The translations under genes and the position numbers were made by a program. This document shows, piece by piece, positions 39,976-54,255 of a stretch of DNA of 64,000 bases (position 1 is the stretch's first letter; every line of letters starts with the position of its first letter). The notes beneath the pieces are model-generated. The model worked only from the letters and a program-made list of their open reading frames with translations, was not told the origin of the DNA and searched no databases. Origin of the DNA: Eledone cirrhosa (taxonomy: Eukaryota); the NCBI GenBank assembly GCA_964016885.1, contig OZ024743.1, forward strand, positions 220,534,001 to 220,598,000, read 5' to 3'.

Positions 39976-40224
39976 AACAGATACATAAATACCAATGACA
40001 ACATAGATTCATAACTAAAATTCACAAAATAGATATTTAAATACGATAATAATTATCTAACTCTCAACATAGCTTACGAAATGTTCTTTATACCTTATCC
40101 AAGAACACAACGTAACACCCAAGGTGAGCATTGAACCCATACCCGAACGACCGTAAGAGCAATACTCTAACCCAGATGTGTCACCGATAGCCTGAAGGTG
40201 TGATGTGAATTTCAACTTAAATTA

Positions 40225-40431
40225 CCATATATACTCAAATATAATCCTAGAAATATGTGACCAAAAGCTCGATGGTAGAAGGAAGTCGGTTTAATTTTGG
40301 GGTTAATATTTTGACGATTTTCACCTATTTCGAATTCTATGTAAATAGGGTTTGGATTTTTGCTCATTTCTCAGACACAAAATAGTGGGGTCATCTTATA
40401 TTTGTATCAGCTTATATTCTAGTATATACTG
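40225..40431. mobile_element. Tc1/mariner-superfamily (Tc2/pogo-like) MITE
   Basis: Imperfect TIRs TA|ccatatatactcaaatataa and ttatattctagtatatactg|TA with TA flanks. Confidence 0.65.
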
Positions 40432-40710
40432 TAAATATATTTCTACAAATATTTGGATGTGTGGTATATTTGAGATCTGACATATTTGCGAACAATTAGA
40501 CTGGTGGCATGTAATATCTTAATTAATTAATTTTCTTAATTTCGTGGCACTAATAAAGCTTAATATAATGAAAAATTCTATTAAAAAATTTAGAAAGCTA
40601 TGCTCTAGCCACAAGGCTACAACGTTCTGGTAATTAAATCACTGATAACTGATCCCATAATTTCTTAATTGATGCGTGATGTTGACGTCACGCGTGCTTC
40701 AAGGTCATAA

Positions 40711-40903
40711 TACAAGAGTAGGTTGAAAAGTTCATAGGCTGTCAATGAAGGAGTGATTCAAGATCTATGAAACATGCATGTATTAATTTCAACTCTTCTT
40801 ATTAATAACTGCATTGTTTCTTTCCATGTTGAAAAATAAACTTCATTTGGTGATTTTATAATAGTATCTTGGTCAGCTTATGAACGTTTCAACCGACCCT
40901 CTA
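40711..40903. mobile_element. Mariner-like MITE
   Basis: TIRs gagtaggttgaaaagttcataggctg and cagcttatgaacgtttcaaccgaccct; TA at both ends. Confidence 0.7.
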
Positions 40904-41575
40904 GAATTTAGTGGTGCCTATCTATCTCCAGTTTTGACCGTAGAAAGTTTCCGAAATGATGAAAAGCAAAGTTAACCTTAGCTAGATTCGAACTCAGAGC
41001 GCAAATATCCAGAATAAATACCACAAAGCATTCTGTGTGTCATCTTAAAGAATCTATTATTACATATGTGCAGATTAAACTTCAAACCACCACATCGCAG
41101 ATGGTAATAGTAATAATATTGATGTCGCTGCTGCTGTTGCTGATGATGTTGATCGAGTACTAATGTAAATATATCTCCATCTAATATGATAGAAAGAGCA
41201 GAAGTGTCAAAATTATTCTGTTTTACAGGTAATATCGTCATAAACGTTTTACATTGCTTTCATTTTTCTCTGAGAATAGAGACAGAAATTTGAATTTATT
41301 TATATTGGGACATGGACAAGTAAATCAAATATAATGTCATAAAGTACTGTTCCACTACCGTTCCTTCACTGGTTGAAATTACATACATGCATACATACAT
41401 ACATAAACGTACACGTACAGGCACATATATATATATATGTTTATAAATGTATATATGTTTACAGCCACAACACACGTGCACGCACACACACACATATATA
41501 TATACAGTATATATATATTATATATGAATCATATGAATCTATATATGATATTTTATAAATGCTTATACGATATAG

Positions 41576-41634
<59 letters not shown>

Positions 41635-42299
41635 TAGAGAGGGGGGAGAGAGAAAGAGAAATAAAGATAGATAGATAGACAGAAAGATACATAAACAGAT
41701 ATAGAACGGTCTGTTCTTTTACTGTATATACTGATATTTAAAGTGAATGAATTGACATTGGTAAATAGTGATTTGTTTTCAGAGTTAAGTGTACTAAAAA
41801 CAAAACAATGTAAATATTTCAATAAGAGAGGCGGTTCCTTCTTCTAAGTTATAAATACTTCCATAAATCTTTCGGTCTATATAATCTAATATTTGTGATG
41901 GTGTATTGTATGTCAAATTGTACACTATGCATCTGAAGTGACCATAAATTCATATCAGTATGGAAATAGTAAAGTATTTAACAGAAGTTTCAAAAATAAA
42001 ATGTGCATAAACGCAGATTTATATTTGCGAACAGAAAACATGTCTTATCTACATATTTTTACGTAGATTAAAAAAGAGAAGAACGTCTTGATCCGAATTC
42101 CAGTTATTTTAAAAAGTAATAATCAAATGTTTTCTTCGTTCTTCTTAATTCATACATAACGTAAATAATACGTAAATATATAGAATGTTACATCTCTAAG
42201 AGACAAGAGAAAACCAGTCTGCTAGCCGGACAGAAAGTTATTGAACTGTCAATAAACGTGAGGCTGAATTAAGAAAAAAATAAAATATCAATAAATAAA

Positions 42300-42517
42300 T
42301 GGTTTCTTATATTGGCACGAGGCCAGCAATTTTGAGAGATGGGAAAATCGATTAAACCGATCCCAGTGCGAGACGGGTCCTTTATTTTATCGACACCGTG
42401 AGGATGAAAGGCAAAGTTAACCTCAGCGGGATTTGAACTCAGATCATAAAGGGCCGTAAATCTATGCTCCAAAGAATGGCGTCCGACTCTCTACCGATAT
42501 TGCCAATCCACCACCCT
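42300..42517 (-). mobile_element. tRNA-derived SINE
   Basis: Full-length match to the dominant family. Confidence 0.8.
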
Positions 42518-42621
42518 CGTAATAAATAAATAAAATGCATAAAAGACAAATATGTTAATGTCACTTTAAAGTGTATGTATGTATATATATTCTGTGTTTA
42601 TAATTTTTAAAATCTTTACTA

Positions 42622-42698
<77 letters not shown>

Positions 42699-42854
42699 TT
42701 CTAACATAGGCACAAGACTCTCTCATTGGAATTTAAACAACATCAACGAGGTAGATATGTCTGCATGCATGTGTGTGCAGGTATGGATGTTATTGCATGT
42801 GTGCATATGGATGTTTTGAGTTATAAGTGTGCATATGCTATACATCTGTACATG

Positions 42855-43285
42855 TGTACATGCAGCTATTACATGCAGAATTTTTGGAATGTTTTACATA
42901 TTTTACTGTTCCATTAATGGATTGTACTTGTAATTTCCTAACTAGTCGTGTTCTTTCTGTTTCTGTGAAGCCTAGCTTCTCAAGATTTGTACTGAGGCAT
43001 TCACTAACATATCCCAGTGCCTCAATAATCACAGGCATAAACCTGAAGGTATAATCAGGGTGGAGTATCTGTAGATTTAGTTCTGCATAGATATTTAGTC
43101 CTGCAAAGATATAGTTCTGCATAGATATTCACCTTTTCGCTAATCTTTGATATTATATTGGCATCTGCTGGGCAGCTAACTTCCACTACTGTGCATGCCT
43201 TCTTTTCCCTGTCCCATATCAATATATTTTCTGTTATGCCTGCATTTTATTGGGGTTTTGACTGGAACCTTCCACCAGTACACTT
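42855..43285 (-). pseudogene. 3' fragment of an R4/Dong-like RLE LINE
   Basis: YWWKVPVKTPIKCRHNR and LQILHPDYTFRFMPVIIEALGY...LGF...LQVQSINGTVK align with the C-terminus of ORF 9264-10070. Confidence 0.75.
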
Positions 43286-43302
43286 TGTATGTATGTATGT
43301 AT

Positions 43303-43838
43303 GTCGGGTCACTCTTGAGTTCTACTGGTAACATGTAACCCAGTACAACCTGTCGCATGGTCGGGTCGTCGGGGACTAAACCGGCAACCCCACCAAGTTT
43401 ACTTGCTGAGGAGGGTGATTTTGGATACCCTGAAGGACAAAAAACAAAACCTGACAAAGGGCGGAAGAACTCATAAGAGTAAACGGCCATCCGAAAATGT
43501 GTAAATATGTATATACATATGTACCGCGCGGTTAAACCACTGGGAGTGAAGGACCCCTAGTCTTTGTCACGGCATTCTTCTAGGAGAAGGCAACTCAGGA
43601 AACTGGGATAACTCCGATATAAAACCTGCGGCTCAGTAGTTACCGATGATGTGGATCTTTTCTTCTTTTCAGGTTATAGCTACTGTAGCTCAGAGAGTGG
43701 GATTGGCTCAGTGCACAGTCTTTCCTCACATTAAAAAATATCCTCACGCACAGGCATTGCACGATATAATTAATTAATAATTATTAATAATGTTATATCA
43801 TGCAATGGCCATACTCGATAACGAGGGGGCAGCCATCA
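43303..43838 (+). mobile_element. Diverged subfamily copy of the bipartite RTE-derived element
   Basis: Same head (ctactggtaacatgtaacccagtacaacctgt), ctaggagaagg motif and end (ctcgataacgag...gcagccatca); flanked by (TGTA)n. Confidence 0.72.
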
Positions 43839-43915
43839 TGTATGTATGTATGTATGTATGTATGTATGTATGTATGTATGTATGTATGTATGTATGTATG
43901 TATGTATGTATGTAT

Positions 43916-44330
43916 GTCAGGTCGCTCTTTAGCCCTACTGGTAACATGTAACCCAGTGCAACCTGTGCCCGGTCGAGTCGTCTGCTACTAAACGGGCAAG
44001 CCCGCTAGCTTGCTTGATGAGGAGCAGCATTTTAGACACTCGTAAGGCGGGTTTCGGATACCCCTCAAAAGGCGGAAGAACTGAGGAGGGTCAACAGCGA
44101 TCCAATAAAGATGGTTTTGGTCGAGCGAGAGACTCCTAATCTTCATTAAGACTTCTTTCTAGAAGAAGGCCACTTTGATATAGAATGTGCGACTTCGTTT
44201 GCATCCAATGATGTAGGCCAGTTTTACTTTTTGGGTAAATGCATTCGATGTTCAGAGAGTGGGATTGGCTCCGTGCAAAACCTTTCCTCAATTAAAAAAG
44301 CTTCAAGCACAGTCATCGCTTGATATGTGA
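43916..44330 (+). mobile_element. More diverged RTE-derived element (5' module only)
   Basis: Begins right after (TGTA)n with gtcaggtc...ctactggtaacatgtaacccagt; shares cagagagtgggattggctc. 3' end is approximate. Confidence 0.65.
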
Positions 44331-44435
44331 CATATTTTGCGATGCACGACAAGGCTGGTCTAAAAAACCACGTTCGAGATGCTCAAGCTTAAGTGTAAAA
44401 AAATGAAATGGTGAAATGCATATATATATATATAC

Positions 44436-46058
44436 ATTGTTATGCTTTGGGAGGGTCATGTTGCCAATAAGAAACACACGCACCAGTTGCCTTCACTCCA
44501 ATTTATTATAAATTAAATTTATAAATTTAAAAAATTTATAAATTTCCGGTTGGTTGGTTCCATAACTGGACGGTTGTTTATATATTGTCAAAGTTCTTTC
44601 GTCACACATTATGTAACCTCTTCTCTGACTGGGGATTCTTTTCTTTGTTTTGAGCCTCTCCTTTGTTCTGTCCTACGCCATCTTGTTTTTGTGTGTGTTG
44701 TGTGCTTAGTTTGCGCATGTGTTACATCCGGGTGTCTGTGTGTGTTTTTATTTGTTTATTTATTTGTTTTTTGTTATAACTAAAAACAAATCCTCCATTC
44801 CCATTATACCAAACCCATAACTTCCAAATATCTGATCCACCAAAACTCAGCTGTTTCGGATCACACCAAAATCAACATACTGATTGCGGATTTGGTACGG
44901 GTGATGAGAAACGTGTCCCGCATGTGCAACCCCAAATAACTAGGGAGGCACATACAACACTTCATCCACCGTATGCAGTTCTCTGGTTACAATCAGAGAG
45001 ATAAAATCAGAGTATATAGAGGAGCCAGAACCAAATGGGAAAAAATGGTAAATAATGATACAAATGGGACCTGGAATAGAATAGAAAGAACTAGGATTAA
45101 GGTTAATAGAATAAACTCATGGTATGATAGCAATAAATGCCAGAGTGTAATGTTCATCAATACAACCCCTAGAGGTGAATTAGCTTAGAAATTTAGAAGG
45201 GCCTAGATTAACATAAACTTAATATTAAGATAGTAGAAAGACCAGGTACCTCCATAAAAACACTTATTAGCAATACATACCCTTTTCAAAGACCTCCCTT
45301 TATAGATAAGAAATGCATAATCTGTAAACTAAGCCCCCATATTAACTGTAAAACTAGAAATGTAGTATATAGCATAAGATGTACTGAAGGACAATGTAAA
45401 GATAAGAATATAATGTGCATAGGTGAGACAGCTCGTAGTATAGGAGAACGGTTAAATGAACACTGGCGAGAACTTCAAGATAAAAAAGAATCATCAATAC
45501 TCCACCAACATGCTAAAATAGAACATAAGGGCAAATTAGAGAACATAGAAATAAAAATAGAATCTACACACAGAAAAGACGCAATGTTTAGACAAATCAC
45601 AGAGGCAATAAATATAAATGAACTCCAACCAAAATTAAATAGAAAACATGAATGGAATAGCAACATCACAACTTACAATTAAGTACAAAATGAAAACACA
45701 CACACACATAGAACACACAACAAACCAGTAACATGTAAATAAACAAATAAATAAACAAATAAAAACACACACAGACACCCGGATGTAACACATGAGAAAA
45801 CTAAGCACACAACACACACAAAAACAAGATGGCGTAGGACAGAACAAAGGGGAGGCACAAAACAAAGAAATGAATCCCCAGTCACTGAAGAGGTTACATA
45901 ATGTGTGACGAAAGAACTTTGACAATATATGAACAACCGTCCGGTTATGGAACCAACCAACCGGAAAATTATACTTATTGGCAACATGACCCTTCCGATA
46001 TCGGTTTCAACACACGTTTTCAGATAAAGAATCTTGCTAAACAAATTCAGAAACGAAA
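44436..46058 (+). mobile_element. Second, shorter and more decayed PLE family A copy with inverted pseudo-LTR
   Basis: 44436-44770 inverted LTR; 44782-45682 RT thumb + GIY-YIG (IGETARSIGERLNEH); 45683-46058 LTR; (AT)n flanks. Confidence 0.9.
45881..45923 (+). ncRNA. Hammerhead in the PLE-A copy 2 LTR (mirror copy at 44587-44630 has a mutated core)
   Basis: gtca-CTGAAGAG-gttaca taatg tgtgac-GAAA-gaac-TT-tgac. Confidence 0.7.
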
Positions 46059-46175
46059 TATATATATATATATACATATATGTATATATATGGTGTAGTG
46101 TGTATGTGTGTATATGTATATATATATTTGTATAAATGAATGGATAAATAAATATATATATATATGTATGTATGT

Positions 46176-46242
<67 letters not shown>

Positions 46243-46246
<4 letters not shown>

Positions 46247-46445
46247 TTAAAGATAATGCCACCCACACCCAGCGCATCAGCAAGGAATCTTACTTCATTA
46301 ACAAATACGGACCCCGTCTAAACACTTCTCCCTAAAACGAACCCACAACATACACACGTCAACATACATACCTACATCAGCACACATCTCTACCCACATA
46401 TAAACACAATGACATACGTAAACACACATGCTCTATGGTGCAACA
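46243..46445 (+). mobile_element. Probable extreme 3' fragment of another PLE
   Basis: [18 protein letters not shown] resembles the GIY-YIG C-terminal R..E...I.....LN motif; followed by an AC-rich UTR; inside (AT)n. Confidence 0.5.
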
Positions 46446-46481
46446 CAAAAAAATATATGTGCATATATATATGTATATATG

Positions 46482-46547
<66 letters not shown>

Positions 46548-46894
46548 ATATATGTATGTGTATATATATATAGTGAACATCATTTCACACCTTTTTTTTG
46601 TTAAGATTTTTGATGTTCTATTAAGAGAACCGATTTTACTGAAAAAATCGAATAATGTACACCATTTTACCAGGGGAAAAAAAATACTGCTCCACCCACA
46701 CACACACACACACACACGCACTTCTCCGTATAAGACAAAATACCCCCCATTGCTTTCAGACACATTCTTACTGACCATCCCTGCCACCACGAATTACTCT
46801 GCTATACACACACACACACACACTTATCTTAATAGCCATTTGACACACATCGCTGCTAACCATTATCACAATATCGAATACCTTACTACTATTA

Positions 46895-46974
<80 letters not shown>

Positions 46975-47152
46975 ACACACACACACACACATATTTGTTG
47001 TGAAAGAGTCATTTCTCAATCTTGGCGCAAAACCAATTTTTTATTCACATGACCTCTACCGACCAATCAAAATTGTTTTGACCACAAGAATTTTTGCAAA
47101 TTGGAGCCACTTTTTTAACATAAAAACAGGTAGAATTCCCAAAACTAATCAG

Positions 47153-47345
47153 ATCAGAGCAAACAGCACGGACACTCTATCTCAAAATTATTTTTGAAAA
47201 GCATTTAGAAATGCGCAACCGGTAAAAACTTAAAAACTTAAAACCACAACTGAATACTAACCCATACAATCACTAATACTCTTTTATTCCTAATTAAACC
47301 ATTTTTCAACTGTGAACAATTTGTCAGCATTTTCTATTCCGTTTA

Positions 47346-47350
<5 letters not shown>
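47153..47350. repeat. About 200-bp interspersed repeat, identical copy at 57487-57684, ending at (AT)n
   Basis: gatcagagcaaacagcacgg...ttctattccgtttaccaat occurs twice; probably the end of a PLE pseudo-LTR. Confidence 0.8.
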
Positions 47351-47409
<59 letters not shown>

Positions 47410-47416
<7 letters not shown>

Positions 47417-47651
47417 TAAAATAACAGATTAAAGTTTAAGCAAAGAATCGCTGCTTTCACCCTTAACGGAATATTCTGAAACTAAACTTTTAGTTTCAGA
47501 AGATCCCGTTAAGGTTGAAAGCAGCGATTCTTTGCTTAAACTTTAATCTGTTATTTTAATAAATATTTGCTCTTCGGTTCTTATATATTTGATATATATT
47601 TTCCTTATCGAGCCCTCTTTGGATTTTAGTCTTCAATTTTATTATTATTAC
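47410..47651. mobile_element. Foldback mini-element made only of the PLE-B LTR end
   Basis: About 77-bp inverted arms centred near 47487; the right part matches 24472-24633; (AT)n flanks. Confidence 0.88.
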
Positions 47652-48781
47652 TATATATATATATATATAGAGAGAGAGATAGATAGAGAGAGAGAGAGTG
47701 AGAGAGAGTGATATGAATATATGAATAAAGAAAGATAAATAGATAGATAAACATTGCTGAATCTTTTCTAACTTTGCTCTGCATAATTCTGGTATAAAAA
47801 TATATATATTTATCATTTCCATTGAGTTCGAAAAAACAAACAGTTTTCTATTTTTTCTTCTCTTATCACGGATAACAAATTATATCAGAAATTCAGTACC
47901 TGAAAAATTGTATTAGATAAATACTAAAAACTACTAAATATTCTCACTGCAATTCTCCAGAGCAGGGCAAGGTAAAGTTAAAAATATGGAATCAATATAT
48001 GAAAATGATTTGTTTGAAATGGGAGAGTGACTTATAAATGGTTTCTACTGTTAACGTGCTTTCCAACACGAAACTATATTAACCAGACATTCTTGAAAAA
48101 TACGAAACAGTTCTATAACTGGTTCACATTAAAGATTGATGTCTTTATTATAATATTGTAAAGTTTGTCAATGATCTGTTCCCCAGTAGGACAGTATAAG
48201 CATTTCAGTTAACAAATCCTTTCTACTAAAGAATTGCAGTGCGTTCAGTTTCGTTCACGTTATTTGTTGAGTTTAAATAACATCGTCCTATTTTTATTTT
48301 TTGAACAATCTTGATAAAATACCAGTCATATCCTGCGGTTGATTCAATCAAATGTTATAAAAATAGTATTGCGGTCAGGCAAACTAAGTTAATATTATAA
48401 TATCCACGAGGGTAGAGATGTGGCAGAAAGGTGTGATCACTATGGTGAGCACATTTAAAAAAATTGTTTTCTTTTGAAACCTTAGAGGGGCGGTGGGCCC
48501 ATATTTTGGTTGATCTGAGAAGAGACGACAAAATATTTGCCAGTTATATACTGGGAGTCGAACTCTGTAACACTGAAAATCATAAAATAAGTCTATTCCG
48601 AATTGCTATCGCTGCTTACGATGATGTACTATACAATCTGTGGAGCTTAAATGATGTTAGGACGACTTGACTTTCTTGAAGTTAGGATCTTAAGGGTGTA
48701 CAATAAGAGGGTTGAAGGCATTCTATTATATATATTATAATTATATATATTATATATATTATTATATATTATTCACGATAA

Positions 48782-49000
48782 GGGCGGTGGATTAGCAGTA
48801 TCGGTAGAGAGTCGGAAACCATGCTTTTCAGCATAGAATTATGGCCCTTTACGGTCTCAGTTCAAATCCCGCCGAGGTTAAGTTTGCCTTTCATCCTTAC
48901 GGGGTCGATAAAATAAAGCACCAGTAACGTACTAGGGTCGATTTAATAGACTTTCCCCTCCCCCAAATTACTGGCCTTGTGCCTATACTAGAAATCATTA
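48782..49000 (+). mobile_element. tRNA-derived SINE, full length, with probable TSD tcacgataag
   Basis: Family motifs; tcacgataag at 48773 and 49006. Confidence 0.82.
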
Positions 49001-49189
49001 TATGGTCACGATAAGAGGGTTATGTCTTACTCTTTATTTGATGTTATTTCTGTTACCTGAGTTATTCGGTTGCCTGTGCTATCGGAATACATTACATGCT
49101 CTATCCAGTGCCCTATGCATGTGTGAATATATATATCTCATCCGTTTCATATTAGTATTGTAAATGGTATGCAGTGCTACTTTCATTAT

Positions 49190-49372
49190 GTGATTGACAG
49201 TATCGGTAGAGGGTCGGACGCCATGCTTTGCTTCATAGAGTTACGGTCCTTTATGATCTGAGTTCAAATCCCGCCGAGGTTAACTTTGCCTTTCATCCTT
49301 ACGGGGTCGATAAAATAAAGTACCAGTAATGTACTGAGATAATTGCTGGCCTTGTGCCAAAAGTAGAAATAA
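49190..49372 (+). mobile_element. tRNA-derived SINE
   Basis: Family motifs. Confidence 0.8.
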
Positions 49373-50053
49373 TTATGTGACTGAAAATTATTTTCACGAC
49401 TCCTCCATTATCAAACGAAATCTCGTCTCCTTATAAGATGTGAAAGCTGAACGGAGCTGAAGATCGAAACTAATTTCTATAATGTATTCAGTATAGCAAT
49501 ATCATCTCTTAGCCAAACCAACGATTTTTTATATTTTGTAGCACTAACATATTTTGACTGTCTAGAGTATTACTTTATATTACAGTTATTGAATCTACCT
49601 CAGTATACGACTGGTATTTCAATGAGAGATTCGGATAAAAGCTAAATAGCATATAATTTGATTTAAATTCAACATATAGCGTGAAGGAAACCGAACAGTT
49701 TAGTTACTCTACCATTTCAACCAAACAGTCTTCTCACATGTATTGATTCAATATTTGTGGTAAAATTTACTTTTTCCATGCTCTAGAGAATTGCAGTGAG
49801 AAAATTTAGTTGTTTTTAGTACTTATCTAATTTAGAAATACCATTTGTTAGGTACTGTATCTCTGATGTAATTTGTTATCCGCGATAAGAGAAAAAATGT
49901 GAGTGTTTGATTTTTCAAGCTCAGTTAAAATGGAAAAGATGTATATGGTTTTGTAACAAAATCGTGCAAAACATAAATTAAAAAAAGCAAAAGCTAAAGC
50001 AGAAAAAAACAAAATAAAAACATTTATCATATTTCTATTTAGTTATATATGTA

Positions 50054-50130
50054 TACAGGGTGTTCCTAAAAATGTATACATACTTCAACAGCAGATGAAT
50101 CAAATGTGTATACATTTTTTGGGACATATA
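50054..50130. mobile_element. Tiny Tc1/mariner-like MITE (hairpin)
   Basis: TA-cagggtgttcctaaaaatgtatacata ... tgtgtatacatttttt gggaca inverted repeat. Confidence 0.55.
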
Positions 50131-50554
50131 TCCTTGTGTTATAAGCAATATTCTTACGCAACTGAAAAACTGTTTCTCACGTTAACGCCAGCATTTTATC
50201 TCGGTATAATTCCAATGTTTGTTAGATAAGAGTAAAGTCTCTTATACAAACACCAGTAAGATACTGGAAAACGCTTTTGTTATTCAAAAGAGCATATGAA
50301 AAAACTCTAACTAAACATTGTGTTCTTGAAGAACTAAGGACCTTATATTATGGGGCAAAGAATATATATATATATATATCGCGATAACCAAAGATGTGGG
50401 TTCGACTCCCATGTACGTCAATACTCATCTTTTTCCATTTATCTGAGCGTTCTAAACCCCATTATCAGGCTAAAATTCCTTTAGTCAAAAATACGGTGAA
50501 AGCTATTCTATTTTCTAATTTGAAACCTGCTCACTGTTTCAAAACATACTTACT

Positions 50555-50590
<36 letters not shown>

Positions 50591-51655
50591 AAATCAAAAG
50601 ATGGTTAAAAGAGTTCCATGTATTTTATTATGCGCATTTCAAAAACAAATATCATCATGGGATGATATTTGCGTTCTCATCAGATAAAATAGGGAGATAT
50701 GATATGAAGCTTAAGAAACACTTGCAAGCAGTGAAGTGTTAAATCAATATATGAAAAATAAAATAAGATGGATATATGAGATTGGGAAAAAAAGGAAGAG
50801 AAGGGGGGAAGGAAAAGGTAGGGAAGAGGAAGAAAGAATATAATAATTAAAAAAAAAATAATAAGGAAAGGATGACGGAGGAGGAGTATAAGAAGGAAGG
50901 ATGAGAGAGGAGTAGAACATGAGTGAGAGAGAGAGAGATAACCTTTAATACTGAGAAACACTGTCTCACAGAGAGAAATTTAAACCGTTGTAAGATAATA
51001 CATAATTTAAAAAAATTTAGAAATTAAAAGTTAATGAGGTTTATGAATGGTGATGCTTATGATTAAAGAAAAAGGAATTAAGAATACTATTTATTTAAGG
51101 TTTATATATTGAAGGGTTTCATAAGATGTGCGAAAAGGAATTTATTAAAATGTATTATTAAAATAAAAAATATTAAGGAGATAAGGTGAATGAAGAAAAG
51201 GTTAAATGAATTATGAACTTAGAGGAATTAGTTAGGGTCCAAGTTTGTTTCTATGTATTGTAATAGGGAAAAGTAAATAATAGGTTTAATACGAGCACAG
51301 AAGGAGAGAAGAAAGAAGAACATTCAAGGTAGAAAATATATATAACGTAAAAAAAAATATATGTTTACAAAATTTACTAATGATAATATTAGTATATAGT
51401 AAAAATAAAAATTTGTATGGCCGAGAATATAAGGAAAATGCTATAGTGAGTTATAATATGAATTAAGAAGTAATTGAGAAGTAAAAGTTGCAGATTAAAG
51501 ATTAGAAATTAAAAAAGAAAAAAGTATAAAAAGAAGAAAAGTAGGGGACCGCTAACGACATAGTATGAGTAAATTGTATAATATACTGAAATAAGGTAGA
51601 AAGATGGGTATATTTGTAAAAGATATAAAAGCGTTTGAGAAAAGAAGATTTTAAA

Positions 51656-52980
51656 CTAATTAGGTAGTAAGATATTAGCTGTATACTTTATGGAAAGTTC
51701 ATGGGATTTATGCAAGCAGAGCGAAAATAAATCCGTACGTCTATTTATTATATGATTAAAATTAGAGATAATGGTAAATTTCTCGGCTAGGCAGAGATTA
51801 CATGTTCTGGATAGGGAACAATTCAGGTAAGGAGAGGCGTTGCAAACCTTCTTCCAAGAAATGTTGTAGTTAATATTTTTGTCCTTTAAGGACAATATGA
51901 GTTCTGAGAGTGCCGTGTTAGTTCTTTTAAGTTGGTATTTAAAAGAAGAATTGTGATTATAAAATCTTGCTTTAAAGGAAGTGGAAGTGGAACCAAAATA
52001 GGTAAAAGAATTAGTACCAGTTATAACCTTACATTCATACACTACATTTTTTATCAAGACATTGGTTACTAAGAGGACATTTAGTTCTAACAGGGCAATT
52101 GCAATTACGATTAGAGAATTACTACCAGAGTTATTAACAAGTGACCTAGTATTATTTGTAGAAGGAATTGGATTGGAGAAGTTATTTACGATAGGTGCTA
52201 AAGTTTCCTGATTGAGATTGGTGTTATGAACATTCGACAAAGTTACGTTTGACGTCGTATTTAAATTTACGGAATCTAGCCTGGAGTTAACATTGACGTC
52301 GGGTTTACTATTGCTATTATTATGACGCTCAGTGTTGGATGGATATAATTTATTACTTAATATTTTATTATTATGTTTGGAGATAATGTTAGAGATGTTG
52401 GAAGTGGTGGAATAAGAGAATTTAATTGTATGTTTGTTAAAGATCTTACTAAAAATATGCGAGGGAGGGAAGCATTTATCTAAGGCCCTAAAAAATAGTT
52501 TAGGAATATTACTAATAATAGATAGAGAAAAGGGAGCGTTGTACCAAATCATATTTTTATATCTAGGTCTTTTCTTTAAGTTATTGGAATGCTTATAACT
52601 AACTATATTACTGTAAGTTCCTCGATGATTGGTTTCTTTACTGTATTTAATTTTGTCTGGATAACCGGCTCTGGAAAGCGCATTATTGTAATAATTGGCT
52701 TTAGCGTCAAAGATAACTTTATTAGAAGATAGATTTGAGATTCTTTTTTCAACATTAATGACTATAGCATTTTTAACGTTAATAAGGTGGTTAGATTTAA
52801 AATTAACATAATTTAGATTCTCATTGTCTTTATGGGCCGGTGTCAAGATTAAGGGATATATCCAGGAAGTTAGCTAGTTTGACGTTGTTTTCAAATTCAA
52901 TTTTTAGGTTATGGTGCTTAAATAGATCAAGTATATTATTCTTAATAATATTAAGGTTAACTAAGTTACAGTTTAAGACA
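51656..52980 (-). pseudogene. PLE RT thumb + GIY-YIG endonuclease with an Asn-rich linker
   Basis: LNYVNFKSNH, RISNLSS, IWYNAPFS, TIKFSYS, NVVYEC...YFGSTSTSFKARFYNH, CNLCLAEK...CLH; homologous to 22324-23793. Confidence 0.85.
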
Positions 52981-53306
52981 GTAAAAAGGGCAAACTTGGC
53001 GAACTTGGACCCTAACTAATTCCTCTAAGTTCATAATTCATTTAACCTTTTCTTCATTCACCTTATCTCCTTAATATTTTTTTATTTTAATAATACATTT
53101 TAATAAATTCCTTTTCGCACATATTATTAAACCCTTCAATATATAAACCTTAAATAAATAGTATTCTTAATTCCTTTTTCTTTAATCATAAACATCACCA
53201 TTCATAAACCTCATTAACTTTTAATTTCTAATTTTTTAAAATTATGTATTATCTTATAACTGTTTTTTTAAATTTCTCTCTGTGAGACAGTCTTTCTCAG
53301 TATTAA

Positions 53307-53378
<72 letters not shown>

Positions 53379-53614
53379 ATTTTCTACTCCTCTCTCATCA
53401 TTCCTTCTTATACTTCTCCTCCGTCATCCTTTCCTTATTATTATATATATATTTTTTTCTTATTAAATTCTTTCTTCCCTTCCTTACCTTTTCCTTCCCC
53501 CCTTCCCTTCCTTTTTTTTCCCAATCTCATATATCCATCTTATTTTATTTTTCATATGTTGATTTAACACTTCACTGCTCGCAAGTGTTTTTTAAGCTTC
53601 ATATCATGTCTCCC

Positions 53615-53685
53615 TATTTTATCTGATGAGAACGCAAATATCATCCCATGATGATATTTGTTTTTGAAATGCGCATAATAAAATA
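53615..53685 (+). ncRNA. Type I hammerhead ribozyme with palindromic stem III (mirror copy at 50621-50691 on minus)
   Basis: tattttat-CTGATGA-[long hairpin gcaaatatcatc/gatgatatttgt]-GAAA-tgcgca-TA-ataaaata. Confidence 0.8.
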
Positions 53686-53802
53686 CATGGAACTCTTTTA
53701 ACCATCTTTTGATTTTATATTATTTATACTCCAGTCCTATAAACTGTTGAGTGCTACTTATCCGATATTTGTATTGCTTTATTGTGCTACAATAAAACTC
53801 AC

Positions 53803-53961
<159 letters not shown>

Positions 53962-54198
53962 TTAGGTTTGTTGGTTCACCACTGGATAGAACTGGTCGTT
54001 CCGTATAGTCCTACGGAACCTGGTCATTGAAATGTGCATAGTTTTTGCTATAATAAATCTTTGAAGGAATTTCACCAGTCCAGCCTTCTGTCATTTTACT
54101 CAATAATATATATATATATATATTGTTGAAAAGGTGGTCCTCCAGACCAACGAAACGTACATTCCTGGTATGGGTTCTTTACAGTGTAGCCTCAAAAA

Positions 54199-54255
<57 letters not shown>

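Noticed and set aside
54123-54200. Additional hammerhead
   Set aside because: A hairpin plus GAAAC is present, but the core reads TTGAAAA and stems I and III are not convincing.
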